From: an uncultured virus (IMG/VR IMGVR_UViG_3300017714_004846)
Lineage: Duplodnaviria > Heunggongvirae > Uroviricota > Caudoviricetes
DNA: 20,000 nucleotides
Virus record (IMG/VR): IMGVR_UViG_3300017714_004846
Strand: one strand, 5' to 3'
The position numbers were made by a program, and so were the translations under genes. Shown in pieces: positions 1 to 8,913 of the stretch; positions within the stretch are counted from its first letter, which is position 1; every line of letters begins with the position of its first letter. Below the pieces are notes generated by a model, which worked only from the letters and a program-made list of their open reading frames with translations, ran no database searches and was not told where the DNA came from.

Positions 1-13
1 ATTGTTGGGTCTG

Positions 14-22
14 CTATTTAAA
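14..22 (-). promoter_or_regulatory. Archaeal TATA-like box for a gene beyond the left edge
   Basis: TTTAAATAG immediately after the stop of 24..182. Confidence 0.55.
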
Positions 23-23
23 T

Positions 24-182
24 TCACTCTTCGGGTTCTTCTGGTGCAGGAGGAGTATAATGAACCTCTACCTTTTCAATCAATTGATTCAGAACTTTGA
101 CGGCACGAACTCCAGCCACTTGAATGTTATCTAAGAGATTATACAAAAATTCAACTTCTTCTTCGGTTAGGTCTACTTGCAT
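24..182 (-). CDS. Small hypothetical protein, 52 aa (not in ORF track)
   Basis: Manual translation MQVDLTEEEVEFLYNLLDNIQVAGVRAVKVLNQLIEKVEVHYTPPAPEEPEE*. TATA-like box TTTAAGTAG at 205-213 lies 23 nt upstream of the ATG, as for other genes here. Confidence 0.8.
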   Translation of the reverse strand: MQVDLTEEEVEFLYNLLDNIQVAGVRAVKVLNQLIEKVEVHYTPPAPEEPEE

Positions 183-218
183 ACTAATATAGTAGGGTGA
201 GGACCTACTTAAAACTAA

Positions 219-1025
219 TCATATTCTTTCGCCACGGAAAGCCAGTTTAAGCCACCCAGTATAACGAAGGGCTGGTTCTCCCGTTAATTGCAATGTCACC
301 ACATAATTGATTGCCATACCATAATTTTCTCCTCTTTCTAAAGCCGTCAGCACTTCCGTAGGTATAGTAAAATTGTATGTGGGCCATCCTACTTGTCCTG
401 TAGCGGCGGATGTGGGGATATTAAGATTAATGTTGTTTTTATTCTTCATTTTTGGGGGTATTCCACTTTGCGATTGTTCTAAAGTAACTGCGCCTTCTCC
501 AGAGGTATTAGTTTGCGCCCTATCTCCTGCAGGGATGAAAGCCTCGCTAAAACAATTTACTTCATCACCTACTCTCCATGTGGCGGGGTTAGCAAGATTA
601 TCTGCTCTGAAAGTAAAAACTCGGAGCGAGGCTGAGATAGAAGAATTGGCAGGAATATCTCTATCGTTCTGAAATCCAAAACCATATGAAAAACAAGGGG
701 TGGTATCGTTCTCATTTCTGAACCACGCTCGGACAACGGTTGAGGGGTCACCTCGGGGGTCTACAAAATTAACTACTTGAAAATCGGTATTGGGGTCTGC
801 CACATCGGGGTCAGCCCTATCAAAAAGAGGAAATACCGTCTGGGTCATGATATTCCTACCATCTCTACTAAGCACTGCAAATGGTGTATTACTCGGGTTG
901 GTTCTATTAAGTTCTCCCGGAATCAAACTAATATTTAGGGGTCCTTGGGCTGGATAACCACGAGGAAATCCTGCTGTTGGTGCTTTGTATTTAGACTTAG
1001 CAGGAGTAGCAATTCCGATACGCAA
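219..1025 (-). CDS. Hypothetical beta-rich protein, probable virion/spike-associated protein (268 aa)
   Basis: Long ORF with TTG start preceded by strong SD GAGGTGAGGT (1029-1038). Directly follows the fibre gene. Function inferred from context only. Confidence 0.7.
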   Translation of the reverse strand: MRIGIATPAKSKYKAPTAGFPRGYPAQGPLNISLIPGELNRTNPSNTPFAVLSRDGRNIMTQTVFPLFDRADPDVADPNTDFQVVNFVDPRGDPSTVVRAWFRNENDTTPCFSYGFGFQNDRDIPANSSISASLRVFTFRADNLANPATWRVGDEVNCFSEAFIPAGDRAQTNTSGEGAVTLEQSQSGIPPKMKNKNNINLNIPTSAATGQVGWPTYNFTIPTEVLTALERGENYGMAINYVVTLQLTGEPALRYTGWLKLAFRGERI

Positions 1026-1036
1026 CTTACCTCACC

Positions 1037-2821
1037 TCAGACAACTGTGACATTTCCAAATACTTGGACCGCAACACTACCAACAGGAGTTGCATCTCCC
1101 AAAACATACAAAGTAAAAGGTTCCAAAATGGGAACGGTAAAGCCAGTTCCTACGGTTCCTCCTCCGATAACAACATCTGCCGCTCCACCTCCAGAAGTAA
1201 GGGAAACTGAGATAACAGGGATGCTTCCATCATTGATGGGGACAAAAGTTGCAGTAGCACCTGTGGCTTGGCTTAAGTTAAGTGCGCCATCGCTCAGAAC
1301 ATATGATTCTTCCGCAAGAATTTGAGTTTTTCCTACGGTATCCTCCGTGAACAATTCTGCGCCGTTGGCGAGTGGGTTGCCTACACGAGTTCCAGCGATG
1401 ATACTACTAAATCCATTGGCAGTGATGTTTCCAGTTCCTCCGGTTCCTCCAGAAGTATCATTAACAATTATATCTCCATCAGAGACAGTAAGATTACTGC
1501 TTGCATAGGTAAAGTTGGAAGTTCCTGCGAAAACATCACCCGCACCATATACTTGAATATCACCTACAGCACCACCGGGAAGTAATCCTGCTCCTCCTGT
1601 GGAAGTAATGGTAGTTCCTGAAATAGATAAACCTGTTCCCGCAGTAAGATAAGTTAATTTACCAGCACTATCGTCCCAGAAAACTATTCTATCAGCACCG
1701 GGGTCTACGCCACTAATTGCTCCTGAAGACACCGACAAAATATCGGCAGCAGAAGTTGTGATGGTGACAGTATCGCCAGTAGCGTAATTGGGGATATTTA
1801 GCACTCCGCTATTTAATGTCGCTGCGCCTGATGTCCCTGAAGTGGTTAATGATGCAAATGGGGATGCAGTAATCTGAGTGGTTCCATCGGGCCAAGTAAT
1901 TCCTCCTGTCGCACTTGAGGCATCAAAAATAAATGTATTATTTCCCAGAACTGTTAATTGTTGATTTGTAGTAACACTCAAAGTAATGGATTTGGTCTGG
2001 GAAGACATATTAATTAATGGGTCATTACCTGTTAATCCAGTAGTCATGGTTATCCCACCTGATGCTTCAGAGAATTGGAAGGAACTGCTTCCGCCGATGG
2101 TATCTGCACCTGTGCCAACTGCTATTTGGTCTGCGGCGATAGTTCCTGCAATGCCACCCGATGCTGCTTGGAAGGTTGCATTACCGCTCCCATCCTTCGT
2201 GAGAACATGGCCTGTTGTAGCCCCTGATACTGCGGTAAGTGCATCAATAGCCGCTTGAGCCGTTGATGCGCCTGTTCCTCCATCAAGAATTGCTAAATCA
2301 GTAATCCCTGTTATTGAACCTCCTGTGATAGCAACCAAGTTTGCATTTTGTGTCGCTATCGTTCCAAGTCCAAGACTTGCTCTTGCGGTTGCGCCCGACT
2401 CATATGCAAATACACCTGCGCCTGTTGCTACAATAAACTGCCCATCCGAAGCGGGCGCACCAAGCGTGTTCAAATCCTCAAGAACGCCTGTGGTTTGAAC
2501 GGTGACGGTATCTGTGGCTGAAGCCACAGAAGTAAGACCTCCGCCTCCAGCAATTGTCACATTGTTGGCATCAGTAATGGTTTGTTGAGGACCAGAATTG
2601 CCTCTCAAAATCCATGAGTTCATACCACCACTTCCTCCTCCAGAAGATGAAATCTTAATTTGATTAGGTGATGTGCCAGTAAGAGTAATATTTGCTCCTG
2701 CGACTAAAACAATATCTGGGTTTCCTGCTACGGAAGTGGCTCCTGAAACGGTTCCACCATCAGCAGTTAGTCTGAAACTGTTTGAACCTGCGGCTCCTGT
2801 TCCCGAATAATCGTTAGCCAC
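1037..2821 (-). CDS. Gly/Thr/Ser/Ala-rich viral fibre/spike (receptor-binding) protein, ~594 aa
   Basis: Fibre-type motifs: AGANITLT, IAGGGGLTS, LAILDGGTGASTA, TTGHVLTKDGSGNATF, SLTTSGTSGAATLNSGVLNIPNY, DPGADRIVFWDDSAGKLTYLTAGTGLSISGTTIT. Start moved to the GTG at 2821 (MANDYSG), just after the upstream stop; the track start at 2881 overlaps the previous gene. Confidence 0.75.
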   Translation of the reverse strand: MANDYSGTGAAGSNSFRLTADGGTVSGATSVAGNPDIVLVAGANITLTGTSPNQIKISSSGGGSGGMNSWILRGNSGPQQTITDANNVTIAGGGGLTSVASATDTVTVQTTGVLEDLNTLGAPASDGQFIVATGAGVFAYESGATARASLGLGTIATQNANLVAITGGSITGITDLAILDGGTGASTAQAAIDALTAVSGATTGHVLTKDGSGNATFQAASGGIAGTIAADQIAVGTGADTIGGSSSFQFSEASGGITMTTGLTGNDPLINMSSQTKSITLSVTTNQQLTVLGNNTFIFDASSATGGITWPDGTTQITASPFASLTTSGTSGAATLNSGVLNIPNYATGDTVTITTSAADILSVSSGAISGVDPGADRIVFWDDSAGKLTYLTAGTGLSISGTTITSTGGAGLLPGGAVGDIQVYGAGDVFAGTSNFTYASSNLTVSDGDIIVNDTSGGTGGTGNITANGFSSIIAGTRVGNPLANGAELFTEDTVGKTQILAEESYVLSDGALNLSQATGATATFVPINDGSIPVISVSLTSGGGAADVVIGGGTVGTGFTVPILEPFTLYVLGDATPVGSVAVQVFGNVTVV

Positions 2822-2822
2822 A

Positions 2823-3779
2823 TCAAACCCCGCCTTCAAGTGCTTGTCTGCCAGTATCTGTGAATCCAGTTTGTTGTTCACTCCAACCTACAAAGGCGGC
2901 TTGCACAACTCCTGTAAGGGTATCTGCACCATCGGTGCCAGTGTTGATAATACGGAATACAATTTGTTTTTCTACTACCAGAGGCATTTCAAATTGCCAT
3001 TGGTCAGATTGTGGGACTACTACACTCCATTGGAAATCGTCCCACTCAAAAATCAATTCTCCGTCTACCCAAATTTGGTATTTAACTCCTGCTGTGCCAC
3101 TTCCCGAAGTAGTGGGCTCTGTGTGTCCAAAACGAGAAATCAAGTAAAGTTCATTCTTGCGTCCTGCTTCCGTAGAAGTATTACCTGCTCCCGATGGTGT
3201 GTAAGTTTTTCCAGTAAATGACCCACCGCCTGAGCGGGCTCCTGTGGGAGTTCCTACAGATGATGGAGTAAATGCTTGACTACCAACTGAAGAGGATGTG
3301 ACTTCAGGAAAGGTTGGCACAGTGGAACTGGGTAGGGTGCTTTCCGCAGGGGCTCCATCTACCCATGTCTGCGTTCCTAAAACTCTGGCATCATTAACAT
3401 TGATAACTACAGCATCAATAAATTCTCCAATAGCAAGATTGCCGCCACCCAATCCACTGAGATTGACGGCTTGGCGTTGAATTACATTCGCAGAGTTGCT
3501 TTTGGGGACTAAATGCCATGGATAGTTTTGAGCATTGTAATTATTGGGGTGAAGAGCCAAATTTTCTACCGCAGGACGAACTGGACGCTTGTAGGTAGAA
3601 GGGTCTATTCCCACACGCTGAGGTGCAGTAGCCAAAGAAGTTTCAGTGCTGTAAGATGAATAAGGCACTGGGGTGGAATTCACAGCCTCTCCTTTTTGAG
3701 AATAGCCTGTTTGAAACGCCTTCTTGCGATAGGCTCGCTTAACATTGCGGATGTTGTCATTTGTGTCACCAGACGGCAT
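2823..3779 (-). CDS. Putative virion structural protein (penton/vertex-like; beta-sandwich C-terminal half, S/T/G-rich insertion), 318 aa
   Basis: SD GGTGA at 3784-3788. Basic N-terminus, S/T/P/G-rich linker, then alternating beta-strands (LYLISRFG, VKYQIWVDG, PLVVEKQIVFRIIN, VQAAFVGW). Lies between the capsid-like genes and the fibre gene. Confidence 0.55.
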   Translation of the reverse strand: MPSGDTNDNIRNVKRAYRKKAFQTGYSQKGEAVNSTPVPYSSYSTETSLATAPQRVGIDPSTYKRPVRPAVENLALHPNNYNAQNYPWHLVPKSNSANVIQRQAVNLSGLGGGNLAIGEFIDAVVINVNDARVLGTQTWVDGAPAESTLPSSTVPTFPEVTSSSVGSQAFTPSSVGTPTGARSGGGSFTGKTYTPSGAGNTSTEAGRKNELYLISRFGHTEPTTSGSGTAGVKYQIWVDGELIFEWDDFQWSVVVPQSDQWQFEMPLVVEKQIVFRIINTGTDGADTLTGVVQAAFVGWSEQQTGFTDTGRQALEGGV

Positions 3780-3793
3780 GAAATCACCTATAC

Positions 3794-4543
3794 TTAATCC
3801 TTGGCCTTCTTGTTATTTAAGGTTAAGCCAAGGTCGGGGGCCAATTTTTGTGCTTCCTTTTGTTCTTTCCAATATTCGGTGGATACTCTCAAATACCAAT
3901 CCCATGTGCTGGTGTCCAGCCCACGGCTACGCAATAATTGTCTACGGAACCACTCTACATTGTCTACTGTGATTTCAATTCCCAATCTCATAAGTTGGTT
4001 GCAAATCAGAGCATCGGAGCCAGAAAATAACCAATATTGCACGAAAACTTCGGCCATAGGTTTGTCCATATCAAATTCTATATTGGGTAATGAATCAACA
4101 AAAGTCCAATCATTGAGCATCACATATCGGACATCCCAAGTTTGAAATGGTGGCACATAAACATTGGGTTCTAACAAATATCCATAATTGGAAGTCAAAT
4201 CTTTAGGATAGGGACTGGCATCACCAGAAATACCCCAAGATTTGATATTTTCAGGGTTTTGATAATAATGGGTGGTATCTACTACAATTTGCACGAAACC
4301 ATTCGGGCGGTAATTGGAAACTTTAATGGGTGATAAACCTTTAGAAACAATGTTAGAGCAAACTCCGGGTGTAGAGCCGAAATCATCAATTACCACAAAA
4401 AAATCTTCTCTTACCAGTGCGGTTTCAGTGATATTATCTCCATAGCCTCCTGTGAAGATAGAAAATTGGTCGCCGGGTTGTGGCAAATTGCTTCCAGTGG
4501 CATCGGGGGTCAGCGTCCAAAGATAAATTTGTTTAGTAATCAT
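3794..4543 (-). CDS. Capsid-like protein family A, divergent paralog 4 (putative minor capsid protein), 249 aa
   Basis: Shares motifs with 18284/18988/4543: IFTGGYGDNIT, FVVIDD, VDTTHYYQNP, GISGDASPYP, VYVPPFQTW, FVQYWLFSGSDALICNQL..G..I..DNVEWFRR. ATG at 4543 overlaps the upstream TGA (TGATG); SD GGAGG at 4552-4556. Confidence 0.7.
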   Translation of the reverse strand: MITKQIYLWTLTPDATGSNLPQPGDQFSIFTGGYGDNITETALVREDFFVVIDDFGSTPGVCSNIVSKGLSPIKVSNYRPNGFVQIVVDTTHYYQNPENIKSWGISGDASPYPKDLTSNYGYLLEPNVYVPPFQTWDVRYVMLNDWTFVDSLPNIEFDMDKPMAEVFVQYWLFSGSDALICNQLMRLGIEITVDNVEWFRRQLLRSRGLDTSTWDWYLRVSTEYWKEQKEAQKLAPDLGLTLNNKKAKD

Positions 4544-5319
4544 CAAATAAACCTCCGTGGCACAGTTTTTCGGACTGTTTCCAATTCTTCTTGGTCGGAA
4601 ATATCCTTTTCCAGTTTCATACGAATTAACATTCTTTTGTGAGCCATCACATTTTCTATATTTACGGGAATATTTTGCTCCAATAAGTGATTGGCTACCA
4701 GTGCATCACTACCATCAAATAAAACATATTCAAAATAGCAACGAGGAATAAAACAATCTCCTTCATCCAGAGGAATTGAAGCATTAACTGTGTAATCCCA
4801 ATTTAAAATGGCTGAACCTCCTTCTTTGTCATAAACTGTGAGTGAGGGTGTCAAATCATTAAGGGTGTAATAGACTCCCCAAGTTTGACCCGGCAAAACA
4901 TAAACAGGAGTGGCACTTTGATAATAACTGGGGCTCAATGCCTGTGGAACATATCTTCTTCCTCCTGATGGTCCAAAAGGAGAAGCATTTCCCGAAATTC
5001 CTTGGCTCACAGAACGGTCGGGATTCAAAAAATACTGAGTAGTATCTACCCAAATATTTGCAGTTGCGGCTGGAGGCCATAATGAAATCTCATCAATAAC
5101 AATAAATTGTGTGGCTTTAACATAGCCCGGGATGTCTAAATTATTTCCATAATCTCCTACGAAAACATCTACCTTGGCCCTATTTCCTGCGGTCCAAGCG
5201 GGAATCGCAGGTTGAGAACTTAACACAGGGTCTAAATTAAGAACTACTGCTCCCTGATTATTGGCATAATCCAAATCTGGAACTACGGCTCTCCATTCAT
5301 ATGCTTGTCGCCGCATCAT
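4543..5319 (-). CDS. Capsid-like protein family A, divergent paralog 3 (putative minor capsid protein), 258 aa
   Basis: MRRQAYEW, VFVGDYGNNL, ATQFIVIDEI, VDTTQYFLNPD, GISGNASPF, VYVLPGQTW and YVLFDGSDALVANHLLE align by eye to the proteins at 18284-19644. TATA box 22 nt upstream. Confidence 0.7.
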   Translation of the reverse strand: MMRRQAYEWRAVVPDLDYANNQGAVVLNLDPVLSSQPAIPAWTAGNRAKVDVFVGDYGNNLDIPGYVKATQFIVIDEISLWPPAATANIWVDTTQYFLNPDRSVSQGISGNASPFGPSGGRRYVPQALSPSYYQSATPVYVLPGQTWGVYYTLNDLTPSLTVYDKEGGSAILNWDYTVNASIPLDEGDCFIPRCYFEYVLFDGSDALVANHLLEQNIPVNIENVMAHKRMLIRMKLEKDISDQEELETVRKTVPRRFI

Positions 5320-5340
5320 AATTAGAAATAGTCCTTGTTG

Positions 5341-5349
5341 CTATTTGAA
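5341..5349 (-). promoter_or_regulatory. Archaeal TATA-like box (leaderless gene 4543..5319)
   Basis: TTCAAATAG, 22 nt from ATG 5319. Confidence 0.65.
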
Positions 5350-5357
5350 CCTTCGGT

Positions 5358-5885
5358 TCAATAAACAGTCTTTTGAATTTCAATCTCACCAATCAAAGTA
5401 ATCTTAACTCTAACGGTAGCAACATCAGTTCCGCCAGTTACCATATCGTGAGCGGCAATAGCGATATTATTTTCTACTGAAATTTGTAGTGGTTGCTGAT
5501 AAAGCACCAAAACTGGGCTGGTGAAAGCAATATAGCGTTGATTGGTAGGTGCGGGCATCAACAAGCGTTGCACAGCAATATCATTAGTGGGAATGCGGTT
5601 GCCTCCAACTAAGATTTCCATATCAAAATTTGTGTATGTGCCAAAAGGAGCGGTATTTGGAGCCACATAATTGTAAAAATAAGGATTGGTCACGGTTTCG
5701 GTTTTCAGTTGGTTGCCATCAGCATCCAAAGGAACAATATCAATAGCAAAACCATGAATTCTGACATCTTCATTGTTGGCTTGGTTAGTATAAACCGTAG
5801 CAATGTTAGTGGTGCCAGCACCAGCAGGAACAGCAAAATCATGCACTGTGGTCAAAATTTTGGGTTCGGGGTCTTGATTTACCAA
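5358..5885 (-). CDS. Beta-rich structural protein family B, paralog 2 (single jelly-roll-like), 175 aa
   Basis: TTG start with SD GAGGTGA (5891-5897). Clear paralog of 5896..6384 (NQDPxP, TTVHDF, TNQANNExVR, PVxVLxQQPLQ, GTDVA..R.KI.LI.E). Confidence 0.7.
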   Translation of the reverse strand: MVNQDPEPKILTTVHDFAVPAGAGTTNIATVYTNQANNEDVRIHGFAIDIVPLDADGNQLKTETVTNPYFYNYVAPNTAPFGTYTNFDMEILVGGNRIPTNDIAVQRLLMPAPTNQRYIAFTSPVLVLYQQPLQISVENNIAIAAHDMVTGGTDVATVRVKITLIGEIEIQKTVY

Positions 5886-5895
5886 TTAAATCACC

Positions 5896-6384
5896 TCAAG
5901 CAGTTCTACGAGCAGCAATCTTCTGGATAGACAATTCAGAGATTAGTGAAATCTTACAGCGAAGTTTAGCAACATCCGTTCCAGATGGGTATTGGAAAGC
6001 AGCAATTCCAGAATTCGCAGTGATAGTGACTTGAAGTGGTTGCTGGAAAAGAACAATAACTGGGACGGTGAAACTCATGGTCTGGTCTACTTGTCCGTAA
6101 ATCCAAGCAATATCAAAAGAATTTGAGGGAACATTGTTAGGTCCAACACTCATAGTCATGGTAAAATCAGTGGGCATGGTAAATTTCGGGTCCGTAGTGG
6201 AAACCAACTGATTATTTGAACTATCTAAGAGGGTAAAGTCTACGGCAACTGCGTAGACTCGCACTTCTTCGTTGTTTGCTTGATTGGTAAAAATGGATAC
6301 GGCATTTTGCGTTCCACTGCTTGTTGCGACATCAAAATCGTGAACAGTGGTATAAACTTCTGGTTGTGGGTCTTGATTAGCCAT
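5896..6384 (-). CDS. Beta-rich structural protein family B, paralog 1 (single jelly-roll-like), 162 aa
   Basis: SD GGAGTGA at about 6392-6398 and TATA-like box at 6423-6431. Tandem paralog of 5358..5885 with an all-beta pattern. Confidence 0.7.
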   Translation of the reverse strand: MANQDPQPEVYTTVHDFDVATSSGTQNAVSIFTNQANNEEVRVYAVAVDFTLLDSSNNQLVSTTDPKFTMPTDFTMTMSVGPNNVPSNSFDIAWIYGQVDQTMSFTVPVIVLFQQPLQVTITANSGIAAFQYPSGTDVAKLRCKISLISELSIQKIAARRTA

Positions 6385-6427
6385 TTTGGAATCACTCCTA
6401 TGATTTATTTATGTTCTTCTTGCTATT

Positions 6428-6661
6428 TCAATCTATCGTTTTCAAACGGCGATAACCAAACCAAGTCCATCTGATTAGTAATCCAGCCACCAGAATATCA
6501 ATGATAGCAAACCACGCCCCATATTTTTGTAGATGAACCAGCATAATTTCTAAAACTTGCTCGGGACTTTTGAGCCCGTCATTCAGAATTATGGCTAACC
6601 AGATACCTGCGCCAATGGTAGCAAAAATGAAAGTTAATACTAACTCCTCCCACCATTTCAT
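6428..6661 (-). CDS. Small membrane protein with two transmembrane helices, 77 aa
   Basis: Hydrophobic segments LVLTFIFATIGAGIWLAIIL and AWFAIIDILVAGLLIRWTWF; basic C-terminus; TATA-like box 22 nt upstream. Confidence 0.75.
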   Translation of the reverse strand: MKWWEELVLTFIFATIGAGIWLAIILNDGLKSPEQVLEIMLVHLQKYGAWFAIIDILVAGLLIRWTWFGYRRLKTID

Positions 6662-6692
6662 GTTAATACTTCCGTGCTTCTGCTAAATAAAC

Positions 6693-7175
6693 TTAGTCTT
6701 TGAATAAATCTGCTTCCGTTAAATTATCGGGTGGAGGTAAAACTTCCACTTCTGGAGGGGTAACTCCTGCTTCAGCGGCTCTGACATCAATATATTTACG
6801 GGCCAAACCATAAATTTTGGGTGCAAGGTCGTGTAATTCCTCGTCCATGGTCTTTCCATCTTTAGAGGCTTCTTCTCTGACCAGACCATCCAGACTACTA
6901 ATAGTGTTCATGGTGCGATAAAATTCGGGTGTGAAAATTGTAGTATAGATTTTACTTAAACGGTCGGCTTGTCGTTGCGCTTGTATGGCTAACAAAACTG
7001 CGCCTAAATTGGTTGCAGTAATGAATCCCAATAATTGCCAAGTCATCCATTCTGTGGGTTTAACAATCAAGGAAAAACTTTGGATAACAACTTCTACAAA
7101 AATTAAAACTCCAATCATCATACGGGTGGTAATAAAATCAGTGGTCACTAAATCATCAAAACTATCTTTACTCAT
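6693..7175 (-). CDS. Membrane protein with two TM helices and a helical C-terminal domain, 160 aa
   Basis: Start reassigned to ATG 7175 (MSKDSF) with SD GGAGG at 7183-7187. TM segments MMIGVLIFVEVVIQSFSLIV and WQLLGFITATNLGAVLLAI. Confidence 0.75.
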   Translation of the reverse strand: MSKDSFDDLVTTDFITTRMMIGVLIFVEVVIQSFSLIVKPTEWMTWQLLGFITATNLGAVLLAIQAQRQADRLSKIYTTIFTPEFYRTMNTISSLDGLVREEASKDGKTMDEELHDLAPKIYGLARKYIDVRAAEAGVTPPEVEVLPPPDNLTEADLFKD

Positions 7176-7665
7176 ATACGGGCCTCCTGAATACAATATA
7201 GACAATATCATTAGTGGGGGCATAACCTAAATGAACATATCCGTGTTCTTCTACTTCTTGTATGGTTTTCTTTTCCCAGCGTCTTTCTTTGTCAATAGAA
7301 AATATATCCTCTCTGAAAATTCCTTGATTAGATAACATCACAAAATCAGCAATGGTGTAAATGGTGGTTTCTGTGCCTTGAAAATCCACAGTTTCAAATT
7401 CTGTGTCTACGATATTAATCTCCAGATTTTCTAATTGTCGTTCAAAGAAATCTTCTCCTAATTGTCTTTTGATGGCATCGGCTACTCCGAATCCTGCTTT
7501 GAGGTTTTCTTCAATCACTAACCATTCTCTTTCAGCCAAGTTATCCCAGTGTTGGGCATTGGCCTCATATTCTCTTCCTATGGTCTGCCTATACCCATCC
7601 ATATATTGAATCTTCCGAGTGATAATATACTCGGCCCAGATTTCCTCTGGAGTGGCACTGCTCAT
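7168..7665 (-). CDS. Hypothetical acidic protein, 165 aa
   Basis: ORF with TATA-like box CTCAAATAG 22 nt upstream; no recognisable motif. Confidence 0.75.
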   Translation of the reverse strand: MSSATPEEIWAEYIITRKIQYMDGYRQTIGREYEANAQHWDNLAEREWLVIEENLKAGFGVADAIKRQLGEDFFERQLENLEINIVDTEFETVDFQGTETTIYTIADFVMLSNQGIFREDIFSIDKERRWEKKTIQEVEEHGYVHLGYAPTNDIVYIVFRRPVYE

Positions 7666-7700
7666 GGTTTCTATCAGTGATTGTTCCTATTTGAGTGTTC

Positions 7701-8879
7701 TTACTGCTCGGTATCTCTGATGGCTTTAACATTGGGATGTCGGAGGCTTCCAGAATTAGTGTATTCAAAGAATTTCACCGTAGCCATTTTTCCTACTATA
7801 TCATCTCGGTCAGCCCACATTTGTTCACGAGTAGACCTATTCCCCATCGGAGAGGCGGTAAAGGTTCTTCCACTATCATCATTGAGTTCCAAAATCCAAA
7901 CAGGTGTGCCAGCATAGTCGCCTTGACCTTCTGTGTAGCCTACAATTTTAAATTCATCATCCTGAAACGCCTTAACCTTAAGTAGATTGCTACTACGAGT
8001 CGGTCCTAATTTGTAGGGAGAATTAATGTTCCTCAACATCATGCCTTCAAAGCCTTGTTCCGTCAATGCTGCGTGTGTGGTTTCCACTTCTGCAGGACTG
8101 TTAATGCGGAAATTTTCTACATATCTAAGGTTGGGACGGTCTTCCGCAGGAACTTGAGATAGTAATTCTACTATCAAACGATAACGGTTAGCGTAAGTCA
8201 TATCTGTTGGATTTCCTGTGTCATCAAGGATAATCAAATCATAAACATAAAAACCCATACCTTCTAAGTTTTCTAAATCGGTAGCCGTGTAATTCTTTAC
8301 CTTTTTTCTCATTAAACCATTAGCAGTTTCAAAATCAATACCATCTTCTTTATCAACATCTGAATGATACACTTCGCCATCCAAAATTATGTTAGAGGGA
8401 AGGTTGATAGCAATAATTTGTTCCCGAACAGCGTTCATTCCATCCCACAATTTACCGCTTCTACTCATCAATACCACTTGGTCAGGGGTGGGTCTGGAGG
8501 CTACACCTCTGGCACCATCAAATTTTCGTTGTCCAATCATAGGCCATTCACACCATTTAGTGCCATTTTGGGTATCCTTATATTTTTTAGGTAGCATGGG
8601 GCGAATCACAACTTGATTCAAAGCATCGGCTTGAGTTAAAACATATCCCATATCCATTTTGCTTAACCATTTACTGCGGGCTTCAAAATTGGCTTGCTCA
8701 CGAATGGTTCTACCTTGTTTTCCAGCAGTGATTAATGAGGGTGCTGTGGTAGTGGTTGTGCCATCAACGAGTCCATGTTTGGTGATGATTTCCCAGTTAT
8801 TTCCAGAGGAGGGTCGGGTAATAATTTGCCATTCACGAAGTCTACCGCCGTCTTCCTTATAGAGTTTATCTAATACCAT
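7701..8879 (-). CDS. lig: ATP-dependent DNA ligase, compact viral type (N-terminal extension, adenylation domain, OB domain), 392 aa
   Basis: Motif I RKFDGAR, III ILDGEVY, IIIa FYVYDL, IV GFEGMMLR, V LLKVK, VI SLRHPNVKAIR. Confidence 0.95.
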   Translation of the reverse strand: MVLDKLYKEDGGRLREWQIITRPSSGNNWEIITKHGLVDGTTTTTAPSLITAGKQGRTIREQANFEARSKWLSKMDMGYVLTQADALNQVVIRPMLPKKYKDTQNGTKWCEWPMIGQRKFDGARGVASRPTPDQVVLMSRSGKLWDGMNAVREQIIAINLPSNIILDGEVYHSDVDKEDGIDFETANGLMRKKVKNYTATDLENLEGMGFYVYDLIILDDTGNPTDMTYANRYRLIVELLSQVPAEDRPNLRYVENFRINSPAEVETTHAALTEQGFEGMMLRNINSPYKLGPTRSSNLLKVKAFQDDEFKIVGYTEGQGDYAGTPVWILELNDDSGRTFTASPMGNRSTREQMWADRDDIVGKMATVKFFEYTNSGSLRHPNVKAIRDTEQ

Positions 8880-8900
8880 AAATATCCTACCTTTGCTTAC

Positions 8901-8909
8901 CTATTTAAC
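8901..8909 (-). promoter_or_regulatory. Archaeal TATA-like box (leaderless ligase gene)
   Basis: GTTAAATAG, 22 nt from ATG 8879. Confidence 0.7.
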
Positions 8910-8913
8910 GATT

